A stretch of 64,000 nucleotides of DNA, taken from contig OX597815.1 in assembly GCA_951406725.2 (NCBI GenBank), forward strand, positions 209,622,001-209,686,000, in the 5' to 3' direction. The stretch comes from Octopus vulgaris (Eukaryota). Made by a program: the position numbers and the translations under genes. The notes below the pieces were generated by a model that did not search any database, had not been told where the DNA came from, and was given only the letters and a program-made list of their open reading frames with translations. Every line of letters starts with the position of its first letter. The first letter of the stretch is position 1. Below, piece after piece: positions 39,385-53,932 of this stretch.

Positions 39385-40070
39385 ATAGGTGCAGGCATAA
39401 CTGTAGGCTTAAGAAGTTTGCTTTGCTACCATGAGGCTTAGTGCCCAGTATTTTCTTCTATAGTCCTGAGCAGGCCTATGACTTGTTGAATTTCGTATAC
39501 GGAAAGTATAAATACACACACACACACACACACACATGTATAAAACGATAAACGTCGCCCTTTTCAAGCTTAGCGAGGCTCATGGGCCCGGTTTCCCGGT
39601 TTCTGTGGCGTATGTATTCCCCCCAGCTGGACGGGACGCCACTCCATCGCAGCGTTACTCAAGAAACAGGAAGAGAGAGTGAGAGAAAGTTGTGGCGAAA
39701 GAGTACAACAGGGGTTACCACCACCCCTACCGGAGACTCGTGGAACTTTTTAGGTGTTTTAGCTCAATAAACACACAACGCCCGGTCTGTGAATTGAAAC
39801 CGCGATCCTCCGACCGCGAGTATATGTGTATGTGTGTGTGTGTGTGTGCATGTCTCATTGTGTTTTCATTTTGTCCCCATTCATCGCGTACAACCGGTGT
39901 TGGTTTGTTTACCTCACCGCAACAAAATGGCTCGGCAAAAGCGACCAATAGAATAAGTAAGTACCAGATATTAAAACAATAACTGCTGGGGTCGATTTGT
40001 TTGACAAACACTTTCAGGTGGTGCCCAAGCCATGCCGAGATCTAATGCTTGAAGCAAGTAAAAAGTAAAA
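39385..40070 (+). mobile_element. Diverged SINE family B containing an antisense family C/V-tail SINE at 39555-39820
   Basis: B head ggtgcaggcataactgtagg and B tail ggtggtgcccaagccatgcc...gtaaaaag flank a minus-strand C-type body. Confidence 0.7.
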
Positions 40071-40195
40071 GATATTTCCTCTTCGTATTTATTCAATGAA
40101 TGGTATTGCCCATATTATATAGAATAATCCGTCTTGGATAAGAAGAACAGTGTGGAATTTGAACAAGGTATCTTGTATTAAGTCCTAATAATGGT

Positions 40196-40590
40196 TTCAA
40201 ATTTTTCCACAAGAGCAGCCATTTTGAGGGAGGGGAAGAGTCGATTACATCGACCTCAGTGTTCCACTGGGATTTAGTTTATCGACTCAAAAAGGATAAA
40301 AAGCAAAGTTGACCTTGGTGGAATTTGAACTCAGAACATAGCGACAGACGAAATACCTATTTCTTTACTACCCACAAGGGGCTAAACATAGAGGGGACAA
40401 ACAAGGAGAGACAAAGGGGTTAAGTCGATTACATCGACTCCAGTGCGTAACTAGTACTTAATTTATCGACCCCGAAAGGATGAAAGGCAAAGTCGACCTC
40501 GGCGGAATTTGAACTCAGATCATAGCGACAAACGAAATACCACTAAACATTTCACCCGGCGTGCTAACGATTCTGCCAGCTCGCCGCCTT
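40196..40590 (-). mobile_element. SINE family A dimer with two different tails and a 17-bp TSD
   Basis: TSD taagtcctaataatggt at 40179-40195 and 40593-40609. Confidence 0.9.
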
Positions 40591-42382
40591 AGTAAGTCCT
40601 AATAATGGTGAGTATTGAGTTGGGGAAAAGAATATGATAAGCTACATTTCTTTTGGTTGATGATAGTCAAGTAAGTAAATTATTGAACTTCCTAATGAAT
40701 GATCAATTAACAGTAATACATTAAAAAGTACACATGAGTCCCTGTGGCCCATGTAACCCAATGCAATTAAAGCGCTCCATCATTAACACCCATCTCATTA
40801 GTTTATAGTACGGATCGCAAAAATTATCATGCTTTGAAAACGGAACACACTTCGGTATACTTTTTCTTAAATCTCTTCTCAACGTTTCATGTATAATGTC
40901 AAGATGAAGTATTTATAATAGATTAGGGAATCAATACATAGCTGCTTCTGATTTCAGTACAAGGCCAGCTATTTTGAGTGGATGATATCAATCAATATCG
41001 TCAAACTCAGAACGTGACTGGTCCTTTACTTTATGAAGACGAAGGATTGAAAAAGAAAAAAAGCTAAGTTGAACCAAGCGAGATTTGAACGTTGAATGGT
41101 CCAGACCAATATCAGAAGTTATTTTACAGACGCTCAAGGATTCTCCCTAGACACAATTTATATTAGTTTTGTTGTAGTGACAAAAACAAATGTCACACAA
41201 TTATAAATACCCGTTATGATCTTTTGATAAACAAAGTCCATTATCGCATTGCAGTATTGAAACCAGGGATATTTTCATATGAAAACTGCTGTAGACAAGT
41301 ATATTTTTGTCTAGAACCGTCTAATATATGTAGAATCTTTAATATTGTAATTGTTGAAATTTTTGTGATCAGGAATTATAACATACTGATATTTGTGGAC
41401 TAGTGTTCTCTCTTCAGTTGCTTTAGTTAGAAATTTTCACCTCTTGTACTGCCCTCTTCAAGCCCGTCTTGTTTTCGGTATCATCTTGTACTTTCAAACC
41501 AACTCTTTATTTAATATATGAAGTAGATTGTTTTCGTTTTGTTGTCCACTCTTGGGGTATTCTCGTATTACTTATTCTCGTGCATGCGATGCCGCTTGCT
41601 CATTACATTTTAACTAGATTCTATATAGAATCTCCGACTCAGGAACACACACCCGACTAGCTTGGTATATAATCAGTTCTTATATTCACTATATAATTGA
41701 CGATTAGGACAATTAGATAATGAAAGTTAGGAGATTTACAGTCACCTCGTTTAGGGTTTTAGATTTACTGTTCTTTCGTAACTGAAGGTTCCTATTTGAT
41801 TTTCATCTTTACGCTAAACCTAATATGGCTATCAAAACTTAGTTATCAGATGCCATATCTTTCTGTGTTGTTCCGTATTATCTTGACCTCGTTCCACAGA
41901 GATTGATAACATCCTTCTTCCTCCATAAGACCATAAAATTATTAGGTGTAAAGCTCTTAACTTCCATCACCTAATTGACCTTTGGGTCGGTGATATAATG
42001 AACAAAAGCAGTGATGAAGTGCTAAATGTTAAATGTCTTCAATTACTTAGTCGGTGTCAGCTCAACCCTTGTTCAATGATTCTTTCTGTACTTGATTCAA
42101 GCATCACAAGCAAGGGACACTAAAAGCACCAGAATAACCAATACAAAAATATTCCAAGCATGAACAGCAGCATGAAAACAATTTACTTTCCACGAACTGA
42201 ATAAAAGGTAAAAGCGAAAATTATTAAATATGCCACACGCGAGAAGAAAGCCAGAAAGCACAACAGCTGAAATGGGATTTTAACAACGAAGATAAGGGAA
42301 TAGCACGATTGCAACGGTGTGTTACGCGTAATATTTCTAATATATTCCACTGAGGTCGACTTTGCCTTTCATCCTTTCAGGA

Positions 42383-42573
42383 TACTCTTTTACTTGTTTC
42401 AGTCATTTGACTGTGGCCATGCTGGAGCACCGCCTTTAGTCGAGCAAATCGACTCCAGGACTTATTCTTTGTAAGCCTAGTACTTATTATTCTATCGGTC
42501 TCTTTTGCCGAACCGCTAAGTTACGGGGACATAAACCCACCAGCATCGGTTGTAAAGCGATGTTGGGGGACAA

Positions 42574-42656
<83 letters not shown>

Positions 42657-42688
42657 TACGACGTTGGGGGACAAACACAGACACACAA

Positions 42689-42747
<59 letters not shown>

Positions 42748-42916
42748 TATATACGACGGGCTTCTTTCAGTTTCCATCTACCAAATCCACTCACAAGGCT
42801 TTGGTCGGCTCGAGGCTATAGTAGAAGGGACTTGCCCAAGGTGCCACGCAGTGGGACTGAACCCGGAAGCATGTGGTTTGTAAGCAAGCTACTTACCACA
42901 CAGCCACTCATACGCC
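42383..42916 (-). mobile_element. SINE family B with a duplicated internal microsatellite block, nested in a family A copy (42330-43005)
   Basis: Family A sequence breaks at atcctttcagga and resumes at taagtaccag. Confidence 0.88.
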
Positions 42917-44734
42917 TAAGTACCAGCTGATTAATTAAGGTCGATGTAATTGACTTCCTTCTCTTCCGAAATTGCTGAGATTGCGCCAAAATTAGAAACC
43001 AATGTTTCTAACATAAAAAAAGACTACTGTTTCAGTTCGTTCCTTGTTCATTACTAGAATAGTTCCCAATCCACTGCAATGTTAAGTGTTGTACCTCTGC
43101 AAACAACTGCCATGTAACATCACTTTCCCTCATAGATGCTTGCTTTACTCCACTTTACGACCCGCATATTGAACACTGGAAACAAATAATCCTTCCTATC
43201 TTCAAGCTCCGTACGCACATCTTTCCATCAGCCACCATCTTTTTAATTACAACTGATATTTAAGCTGAATATGAACAACTGCATTACCAAATTCACAAAT
43301 CTAGGAAGGTCTGAAGTTTGCAAACTCTGTCCTTCAAATTTGAGATAAATTATAAAAAAATATTTGAACAGTGACTGTTGTAGTATACCATTTTATAAGT
43401 TGGAACTACTCTTGTGTAATAGATGTTGACTTGCCAAAGAAATAAATCTGAATTTCTATGAAGAGCTGTAATCTGATATTAATTTTGCGTACCAGAAAGA
43501 CAGAGCTGTAATTCTTTTAAACTTTAAGCTAACGAAACAATGTAATATTCTAACAAATTTGATGTAATCAGTTAATTAAGATTGTATAATCATTCAAATA
43601 TTTCTCTTTGGATTGCCATTATTCAAATTTTACTTTGAATATTATTACGTAGCTTAGCTAAATCAGCAAATATTTTCCCCATTACAAACAGTGAATTTGG
43701 CTTTCTGCGTTTGGTTCAGGATTCTATTGATGAATAATACTGTAATCGAAAAGGAAATAAGGACATCGTTTCAAATAAAACAATAACTAAAAACTCAAGA
43801 TAATTGTCAATAAATTATATTCTTAAACTTTTAGCACATTGAAAATTTATACAAGAAATTTTCAGGAAGAATCTTGAAAAGCAGTGATTGGTTCAAGGTA
43901 GGTATTATGCATATCTCACAATCTAAATTGATATTGCGAAACAGTAAAACTCTAAGAAACAAAAGAACACTTCAGGAGAAAGTTCAGTTTGTAATTGCTT
44001 TCAATTACAATGCAAAGAAAAGCAAAATATTCCATTGAAAATTTTGTTTTCGATATTGAAGTGAAGGATTTTGTTTGAGATATTTTGAAATAATTTAGCA
44101 TTTCAATAACATGGTTAGAGAATTTTGTTGTAGAAATTGTGATAATTAAAGTCTTACTAAACAGAAAAAAAAAACTTAAATGTTAAAATTTTAATATTTA
44201 TACTGAGCGAAATATATATAAAGTAAAAGAAAATTATTCACATACAAAATTTAATGCAAAACGCAAAACAGAATAGACAAGCCCAGAAAATTTGCATCAG
44301 TATTTATATCATCTTCGTAATCTGGAAGAGCAAAATAAGAGGTCAATGGCAACAAAGAAGTGCTATTTATATTTTGGATAAATTTTTTTGCTTTTATATA
44401 TTTCTTGTTAAAATTGGTGAAAAACAGGAACACGTTTTAAGTATGAAGCTCCGCAGAGATGGAAATTTTCTGAAACAAATTCACAGTAATTTACAAGCAA
44501 CGATTGACAAAGAGAAGCACGCATACATACACATTCAAGAAAATGCATATATACAAACAGATAAATAAAACAGACTCTCACAAATGTATGTATATATGAA
44601 TGTGTGCGCATGATATATATATATATGGTGTCTTTTATATGCAGTATTATATAGGAAATCGATCGAATGAATTAAATGCACAACACACACCCATACACAC
44701 ATGCATATATATGAATATGCATACATAACGTATA

Positions 44735-44973
<239 letters not shown>

Positions 44974-45328
44974 ATATATATACATACATATATACATATA
45001 CATTGACACAAACAAGCATGTATCTGTAAGTGTACATCAGTGGCTTGGTCATCCGTTCTAGGCAGTCTGAGTAACTGCAGCTGGAAAGGAAAAAGGTTTT
45101 TTTCTAAGCATGAACGCCATCGCAAAGAAAAGTGTTGGAACAGATATGCAAATCACCTCATCTGACATTCCGACAACTCCTCCATTCCACAGAACTGGAG
45201 TGTTATTTTATTGAGCGTGAAAGATGAAAAGCAGATTTGGCCTTCTTAGGATTTGAGCTTAAAGTGTTGCTTGATGGAGCAAATACCGACAGACTTTCTA
45301 TCTGACACGCTAACACGTCTGCTAATCA

Positions 45329-45360
<32 letters not shown>

Positions 45361-45604
45361 TCACATACACACACACATGTATGTATACATATACAGACGT
45401 TGAAATGTGTTAAAAGAAGACAGGAGAAATGCGGATATGGCTTTTGGAAACTGAATATTTCTCTCGCGATTCGAACTACTGCAATCTTCTGCGGAGAACA
45501 TTCGCGCCAGAAGATTGCAGTGAATGAAACATATATATAGGCATTAATTTCAAAATTTCAATAAACACTGTGTGTGTGTATATATATATCTGTATATATG
45601 TATG

Positions 45605-45607
<3 letters not shown>

Positions 45608-45680
<73 letters not shown>
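45608..45680. repeat. (TG)n microsatellite
   Basis: Direct reading. Confidence 0.97.
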
Positions 45681-45682
<2 letters not shown>

Positions 45683-46208
45683 TGTGCGAATACGTACATA
45701 TATAAATATATTTATTGTGTTAGAAAACAGAGGTCTAATGGTTAGAAATTAGTTTATTAATTAATCAGCATAATGACCAACAATTGTTTCATTTCTCAAA
45801 TACGATTAAAATTACGAAACCTATATAAAAATATAATTTTGCATTTTGAATACCATATAAGGAAAACCATCAGGGGGTTTAGGAGCACAATAAGGATCAC
45901 ATTAGGATACTTTCGGAATACGCAGAATATATAAACATGTTTACAATGCGTGTATGTATACTTGTGTGTATGTACGCATGCGTTAATATTACTCCTTTTG
46001 TTTCAGTTCAATAATAAGGATAGTAACAATCATGAGTGATGGGTTATATTATATATGAGTAAAGTAATATAAATGAATAACAGAAAATAACGGAAAATGA
46101 AATTTCTGTTCATGTAATAAACTAAAGTGGAAGTGAAATAAAATTTATACCTACGTTTGTACACGTGTGCGTGTATATGCGCCTAAGTGCAGTCGTATAA
46201 GTGCACAA

Positions 46209-46633
46209 ATACATACATACATACATACATACATACATACATACATACATAAATACATACATACATACATACAAACATACATACATACATACATACATAC
46301 ATACATACATACATACATACATACATACATACATACATACATACATACATACATACATACATACATACATACATACATACATACATACATACATACATAC
46401 ATACATACATACATACATACATACAAACATACAAACATACATACATACATACATACATACATACATACATACATACAAACATACATACATACATACATAC
46501 ATACATACATACATACATACATACATACATACATACATACATACAAACATACATACATACATACATACATACATACATACATACATACATACATACATAC
46601 AAACATACATACATACATACATACATACATACA
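46209..46633. repeat. (ATAC)n microsatellite
   Basis: Direct reading. Confidence 0.97.
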
Positions 46634-46636
46634 TCC

Positions 46637-46974
46637 TTAAAAATGTTTTAGCCCGAAGGCCGCGTCCATGCTGGGGCACCACCGCTGAATGAGCTACACT
46701 AATTTGTGAATCCACCTCTGATAGGTGGCACTTGATCAACTAGAGAGTTCGATGCTGTTGCCCGCATCCGAGTCTCCTGTCGTGAGGTAGGTTCATCTGG
46801 GACTCCCAACAAGAATGATCCAGTTTAGTTTTAAAGAAACCCACGTCCACACCATGTAAGTCTCTCAGGCATTTAGGGAGGATGTTAAAGAGCTGTGGTC
46901 CTCTGAAACCCAAGCTGTTGCAGTATCTGGACCTGTATTTTGATGGTGATGTTGGAATCCTTGGCACCATGCAG
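46637..46974 (-). mobile_element. 3' end of a CR1/L2-group LINE
   Basis: NSLGFRGPQLFNILPKCLRDLHGVDVGFFKTKLD then (frameshift) VPDEP...RAAASNSL-like; 3' UTR ggtggtgccccagcatggacgcggcc. Confidence 0.8.
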
Positions 46975-47230
46975 TATATATATATATATATACATACACA
47001 CATACCTACACATATATACATATACACACCCACCGCACACACAACATGTATGTATGTCAATATGTACATCAATATGTATGCGTACTGGTATATATGTTCC
47101 TTTCCAATTTACGTCTTTAGGTATATAGACTGATATATATATATGAGCAGAAATAAAGTAAAGATAAGAATGAAATGAAATAAACTGAAATTAATCCATA
47201 TACATGTGTGTATACTTGTGTTTATATATG

Positions 47231-47264
<34 letters not shown>

Positions 47265-47302
47265 TGTATGTATGTATGTATCTATCTATCTATCTATCTA
47301 TC

Positions 47303-47333
<31 letters not shown>

Positions 47334-47336
47334 ATA

Positions 47337-47480
47337 CCGGAGTAAACACATAAATGTGAAACAAGGTGGAAAAAAGAGTACTCAAATACCAGTGGTAGAG
47401 TAATATGCTTTATTTTAAGCAGCAGAAAATTCAACAAAATCTGTTACTCGGAGTTTCTCGTTGACGTTCATCAGACAGTT
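47337..47480 (-). mobile_element. (TA)n-bounded PLE-pLTR-like module with hammerhead motif
   Basis: Hammerhead motif followed by aataaa; bounded by TA repeats. Confidence 0.6.
47441..47478 (-). ncRNA. Minimal type I hammerhead ribozyme motif with canonical core
   Basis: CTGT-CTGATGA-ACGTCAACGA-GAAA-CTC-C-GAG-TA-ACAG; stem I CTGT/ACAG, weak stem II. Confidence 0.6.
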
Positions 47481-47487
47481 ATATGTG

Positions 47488-47541
<54 letters not shown>

Positions 47542-47880
47542 TGTATCTATCTATCTCTCTCTATATATATACATGTTTTAATTATATTAGATAAATCTTA
47601 AATATATCAAACAAGTATGGACGCCTTTGTTTACGCATTATTGTGTGTGCGCGTGTATATTTATATGTGTGCGTGTGTGTTTTCTTCTTAAGTTATTATA
47701 TTGGTTCTGAAGTATGCATTCATTATGGTGAGACGTTAATTAATTATATATAATTTATATTTAGATACAAAATTTTGTTCAATACTTTTTGAGATCACAT
47801 ATGCTCATGTTTCTGTATATACACGTGGATGTGTGTATGCGTATATATTATCTGTTTATGTATTGGTATATATAATATAT

Positions 47881-47915
<35 letters not shown>

Positions 47916-49054
47916 CATATATAAATATAAATATATATATATATACATATACGACCAAAACGTCCCCGTCCAATTGAAGGTGCTGAGTTGTCAAACATTT
48001 AAACCACATTTTCTCAAAACAACTTGTCCGACCGTCCCATAAACCTGTCATTTGAGAAACACTGATTTAATCTAAATTTGAGATTTAACCTAAATTGAGA
48101 CACCACCAAAAGAAGAAATAAAGATAGACATTTTTTCTATTCCAAAGAAAAGTGATTTTATTCACACAAATATGTAACCGAAGAGTTTAAAGTACCAGTA
48201 ATGATAAGGCTGTTGACTGGGAGAACATAAAGATGGTTTAAACAGTAAGCTTGGCAGGAAAGAAACGTGCCTTTAAGCAGTACAAAAACAACAGAAAATA
48301 GAAGGTGCAGTTATGCAGAGGTTAACGGAAGTAAAGCAGGACGAAAACGCCTTTATTGATCCATTCTCACCTGGAATCGATTTTTGTAATTTTCTCGAGT
48401 TATACATGCCCTGATACCATCAGTATCTGCATATCTAATTTGAGCGCAATCGGATGGAGGATGCCCGAGATCTTAGAAGACACACACACACACACACATA
48501 CACACACACTGAACGGATTTTACATAATAGACATATCTGCGTGTGCGCGTGCGTATTTGCATATTATAGACAGATTATCAAAGTAATTATATTAATGATT
48601 ATCTTTATAACTAGTTACTATATTATAGGATTATATATTTATACATTTAGATGTATATATTGAGATGGTGTCCTTGGTATTCATATTATGATTATTACGC
48701 GGATTTACTTGGATTTACATGGTCTATTACGTCATCAAAATTGTTTTCACGGATAGATATATAATATTTTATCTAAATTAAAATGTAGAATGTTATACGG
48801 TTAACTCAGTTTTATTATTACCATAACTATTAAACTGATTTTTTAGTATTGCATAATCTAATATATCATGCTGTATACTATTTATGATTATATTATGTTA
48901 GGTTTGTAAGTACAGTTATACGAACTTATACTAATTATACTTAAATTTTGATTTATATCTTCCTAAAAATTTGTATTAAAATGAAAATGTATCATATTTG
49001 GTTAATTTGTGAATGTTAATGCCCAATGTTATTATTACTATTATTAAGTATATA

Positions 49055-49470
49055 GGCGCAGGGTGGCTGTGTGGTAAGTGGCTTGCTAACCAACCACATG
49101 GTTCCGGGTTCAGTCCCACTGCATGGCATCTTGGGCAAGTGTCTTCTACTATTGCCCCAGGCCGACCAATGCCTTGTGAGTGGATTTGGTAGACGGAAAC
49201 TGAAAAAAGCCCGTCGTATATATGTATATATGTATCTATGTATGTGTATGTGTTTGTGTGTCTGTGTTTGTCCCACCAACATTGCTTGACAACCGATGTT
49301 AGTGTGTTTATGTCCCCGTCACTTAGCGGTTCAGCAAAAGAGACCGATAGAATAAGTACTGGTCTTACAAAGAATAAGTCCCGGGGTCGATTTGCTCGAC
49401 TAACGGCGGTGCTTCAGCATGGCCGCAGTCAAATGACTGAAACAAGTAAAAGAGTAAAAGAGTAAAAGAG
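49055..49470 (+). mobile_element. SINE family B, full length with TSD
   Basis: TSD taagtatata at 49045-49054 and 49471-49480; (AAAAGAGT)n tail. Confidence 0.92.
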
Positions 49471-50727
49471 TAAGTATATATTTAAATATGACATAATGTA
49501 ATGTGATATATATTATTTTCATTTTTATTTATGTTAATATCCTTGCATGGTTAATATCAATACTTGGATTAAAAGTAGCTATATTCTCCGATAGATAGTA
49601 AGGATTCTTGTTCTCTATCATTATTGAAAATAAATTCAAGCATTATGTAATATGACATAGTATATATTAGTTACAATTATTTTGCTTTATGCTTGATTTT
49701 TAAATTAAGCCATAGATACTATATTATTTCTGTGTTTTTAATGTTAGGTTTAATTTGTTATCTGTTTGATAAGTTTATTTAATTTTCTAGATTATATCTA
49801 GGTTTATTATAACAAATTAAAATAGTTTAATGTTTGGTTACATTTTTGATCCATTTAATAAATTTATTTGATTTTCTTAGATTATATTAAGGTTAATCAC
49901 TGCAAACAAAATATGCATCTTTTCCAAGTCAGTCAAGTTACATTTTGATGCTATATGCTTAAATTATTACTATTTATTTTATATGCAAGTTATACTCATA
50001 ATTTTCATTTCTAAAGACACATTCCGAGTAGTGGTAATATGTCTATACTAATAATTTTCAATTTAATATTAATGTCCTAATTAATCAAATTTTCTAAAGA
50101 CATTTTGAGTTGCGGCATCAAGCTAAAATATTTTCTTTCCGAGAATGCAACAATTTGTGCTTGGATTTTTAATATTTGAAATATCTCTTCGTTGCACAAG
50201 AGGCATTTTATATATGAAATATGATAAGCCATGATATGGCTTACAACCTCCTGTTTAATCATATAATCTTTACAATTATCCTTTAACATTCATATAAATT
50301 TGCTGAGACTAGTATTATTAATTTTTCGTCAATTTCTAAAACAACATCCGTGGTTTGCGATTCTTCGCTTAAATCTAGTTTCGGTCGAACCTATGTAATG
50401 GTATTCCTTCCCTTCAGATTTACCTAAGCCCTTATATACTGTTATCTTGTTTACAATTATTGTTAAGTTTACAATTTTCTTTAACCTTATATTCACAATT
50501 CATGTTAAAGGCATTCCGAGTAGTGGTAACATGTCTATGTTTTTATTTTTTAAATTTTTATTATTAGGGTTAGGAAGCGAGATATTACTGGCTATTTGTC
50601 TTCTATTATTCTAATTTAACTTACCACTATTTTCATTAAGGTTACGATTGTTATAAAAATATCTAGTTTTCTATTGTTAATTGAGGATTCAATTGCAAAA
50701 AGAATCTTTGATAAAGAATGACAAATT

Positions 50728-50785
<58 letters not shown>

Positions 50786-51154
50786 TGTTTAGTCATATTA
50801 TAGTCCAAATACATACGCACATGTTATTCTATTACATGTTTACAGTACTTTCTCAAACTTCAGGCTGCAGTAAGATTTGTGGTAAAGCCCAATGGCTGGC
50901 TAGACTTGTAGGTTTGCTATTTGCATCGATGCTGTCTAAGAGAAATACAAGCGCCTGTACAGCGTGGCACATGTTTTGTCACCAATATTGCCATCTGCGT
51001 ACAAAGTGCTTAAACAAATGAGCAAGTTGTCTTGAATTCTGACGCAACAAATCTGCCTATCTCTCATGGTAAGCTCGTACTACTTTTATCAACTCTGAAT
51101 ATATAACGGGCAAATTTAACCTCGTGGATATTTGGACTGAGACCACTAAAATGT

Positions 51155-51488
51155 TACAACGGAACAGCCTACTCATGAAATTAATGTGCAAGTGGCTGAG
51201 CACTCCACAGACACATATACCCTTAACGTAGTTCTCGGGGAGATTCAGCGTGATACAGAGTGACAAGGCTGGTCCTTTGAAATACAGATACAACAAAAAC
51301 AGGAAGAAAGAGTGAAAGAAAGTTGAGGGTGAAAGAATACAGCAGGGTGCGCCACCCATCCCCTGCCGAAGTCTAATGGAGATTTAGGTGTTTTCGCTCA
51401 ATAAACACTCACCATGCCCAGTCTGGGAATCGAAACCGCGATTCGATGACCGCGAATTCGCTGCCCTAAACACTGGGTCATTGCGCCT
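51155..51488 (-). mobile_element. SINE family C
   Basis: Colinear with 30924-31305. Confidence 0.88.
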
Positions 51489-51611
51489 CACACACACACA
51501 CAGACTCACACACACTCATACACACACGCGCACACTCACACACACACACGCGCACACACACACATATATATATATGCAGTTTGTAATATTGAATCGAACC
51601 GAATGTTGTAA

Positions 51612-51677
51612 CTGAAGAAGGTCTTACGTAATGGATGCATATCCTGTTATATATTACGCAGGCCCGAAACGTGCGTA
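51612..51677 (+). ncRNA. Hammerhead ribozyme-like motif with long stem II
   Basis: CTGAAGA-A-GGTCTTACGTAAT...ATTACGCAGGCCC-GAAA-C-GTGC-G-TA; stem I poorly paired. Confidence 0.5.
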
Positions 51678-51907
51678 AAAATGATTTAAAAATATCAATG
51701 TTTGGTTTTACTTAATTATTACTAGTCAGTCGAGACTCTGCTAAATCGGGTACTGTAACAAGGACTTGGAGTAGTTTGTTATATTTGATTCAAGTCGAAA
51801 ATTTTGTGACTATGAGCCGCTCGTTACCGTGACTCGAAATAAATAAATATGGGAAAGTATTTGTTTCGTTTTTCGGTAAAGGTACTAAATGTCTAAGTAG
51901 CAAGGAA

Positions 51908-51978
<71 letters not shown>

Positions 51979-51995
51979 ATATGTATATGTATATA

Positions 51996-52029
<34 letters not shown>

Positions 52030-52036
<7 letters not shown>

Positions 52037-52462
52037 AATTAATAAATGAATAAAACATATGCATATATACATACATATATGTACGTACCTACCTCTACAT
52101 GTATATATACATGCATATATGGGTACAGGACACAAAAAAAACGTCGAACACAATGAGAAACGAAAACATACACACAAAACCAAGGAAATGGACATTTTTC
52201 TTAACGAAAAAATAGAGTACAGGACATACAAAACAAGGAAAATTCCCCTTCTTCAGTCGCCTTTGTTTCATCTACTCCACGTTTCGAAGGTCAAGGCGAT
52301 ACATGACTTTAATGAAACAATCCTACCCGCGAACATCAAATTAAATAAAATTTGAGATTTTTTTGCGGAGGGGTAAAAATGGTAACAAAAACAGGACAGT
52401 AACGACAGTAAAAGACAGGACAAGGAGAATAACAGTAACACAAACAAGAAGGGTTGTTAAGC

Positions 52463-52510
<48 letters not shown>

Positions 52511-52860
52511 TTAGAGATAAAACCACTATTAGGCAAATCAAACAGTGAAAAACATAAGCCAATACATAAAATTAATTAAAAATATAAAAGTTAAAAATTA
52601 AAAAATTATTTAAATAATTTAAACTTATAAATTTTAAATATATATATATATATACAAATATATATATATATATTTATGTATGTATATTTTTATATTTATA
52701 TATTAATTTAATTAATTAATTAATTAATTAATTTATTTATTTTTTTTTATATAAATATCAAAAGTATTAAAAGTTCAATAAAAGATAATATAATATATTT
52801 ATACTATAAAATCGGATTTAATCCTAAATCTAATTTTTCACTGTAAGTTTGGATTTAGGC
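52030..52860. repeat. (TA)n-bounded modules; 52505-52860 is related to the 6435-6728 module and carries parts in opposite orientations
   Basis: aaaaccactatt...caatacataaaatt matches 6533-6585; ggatttaatcctaaatctaatttttcactgtaa is the reverse complement of about 6462-6497. Confidence 0.6.
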
Positions 52861-52866
52861 ATTAAG

Positions 52867-52900
<34 letters not shown>

Positions 52901-53932
52901 TATACATATACATATATGTATGTATATGCATATATATACATATATGTATATAGTGAGAAGAATAAAAAGGATAGTATATATATATATATAAGACAGTCAC
53001 ATTTTAATTACTGCATATGCAAAGACGTGGCTGACATGGTATATATAGCAGTGAAATCTCTGAACCATACGCTTCTATAAAAAAAACAAAAAACCCCCAA
53101 AAAACCCCAACTAAACTACTTTTCTATGGCTGAGAATCTCGAAAAACAATAGCAACACAAGCAGAGTAAGTTACCGTTATAATCCGCATACTTATCGGAA
53201 GCTATATTTGCTGACAACGTTGTCTTTCCAAGTGAGACATTATTTACTGTAAATGTGACATTCTAACAAAAAGATATTCGGTCTCATTAATAGATTCCGA
53301 CACAAACAAAATGAACCATGAAATAAATTGTTAGACTTGAAAACATTTTGTATTAGTTATTTCCTCTAATGCATGATTTGCTTTCGTGTAAGTTAGAATC
53401 AACCAATTGATTGTTTTTGTTGTACATAATAGAATGTTGGATATCATCTTAAAATTTCTCTCTCTGATTTTCTTTATCGTTTGCAAAACCATAGTATTTT
53501 AGTTTGTTCTTGATTACTGAGCGTAGCAATATATGTTCAAGTTCTTTTACAGTCATCTACTAAGATTATTGTCCAAGGCATCACCATACCCGTGTCATGT
53601 GAATATCACCACTGTGATCTTCGAATGGTGAGTTATATCATCTTTGTGACATATCTGCACTTTATATCTTTGTTGCTCAGTTGTTTCAGAGAGTGTTATA
53701 CGGACGTTAAATGGTGATACAATACAGGTGAGGATAAGAAAAACCGACGGGAAAACGAAACTAGAACAATACTGAGTCTCCGAATACATTTGGTGTAGTC
53801 AGGAATGCCTTTCAAATGTGGATCTCTGCAGTCGCAGTAGACGCTACTCGTGCAACGAGATCAAAGCAAGTCTTCCAGACGTAGATCTATGATCTTGTGC
53901 GACTAACCAGTTGCGTTAATAATAGTTTTATA

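Noticed and set aside
52240-52320. Hammerhead-like words on the minus strand (ccttcgaaacgtg and ctgaagaagg)
   Set aside because: I could not assemble a consistent core with paired stems; too degenerate to call
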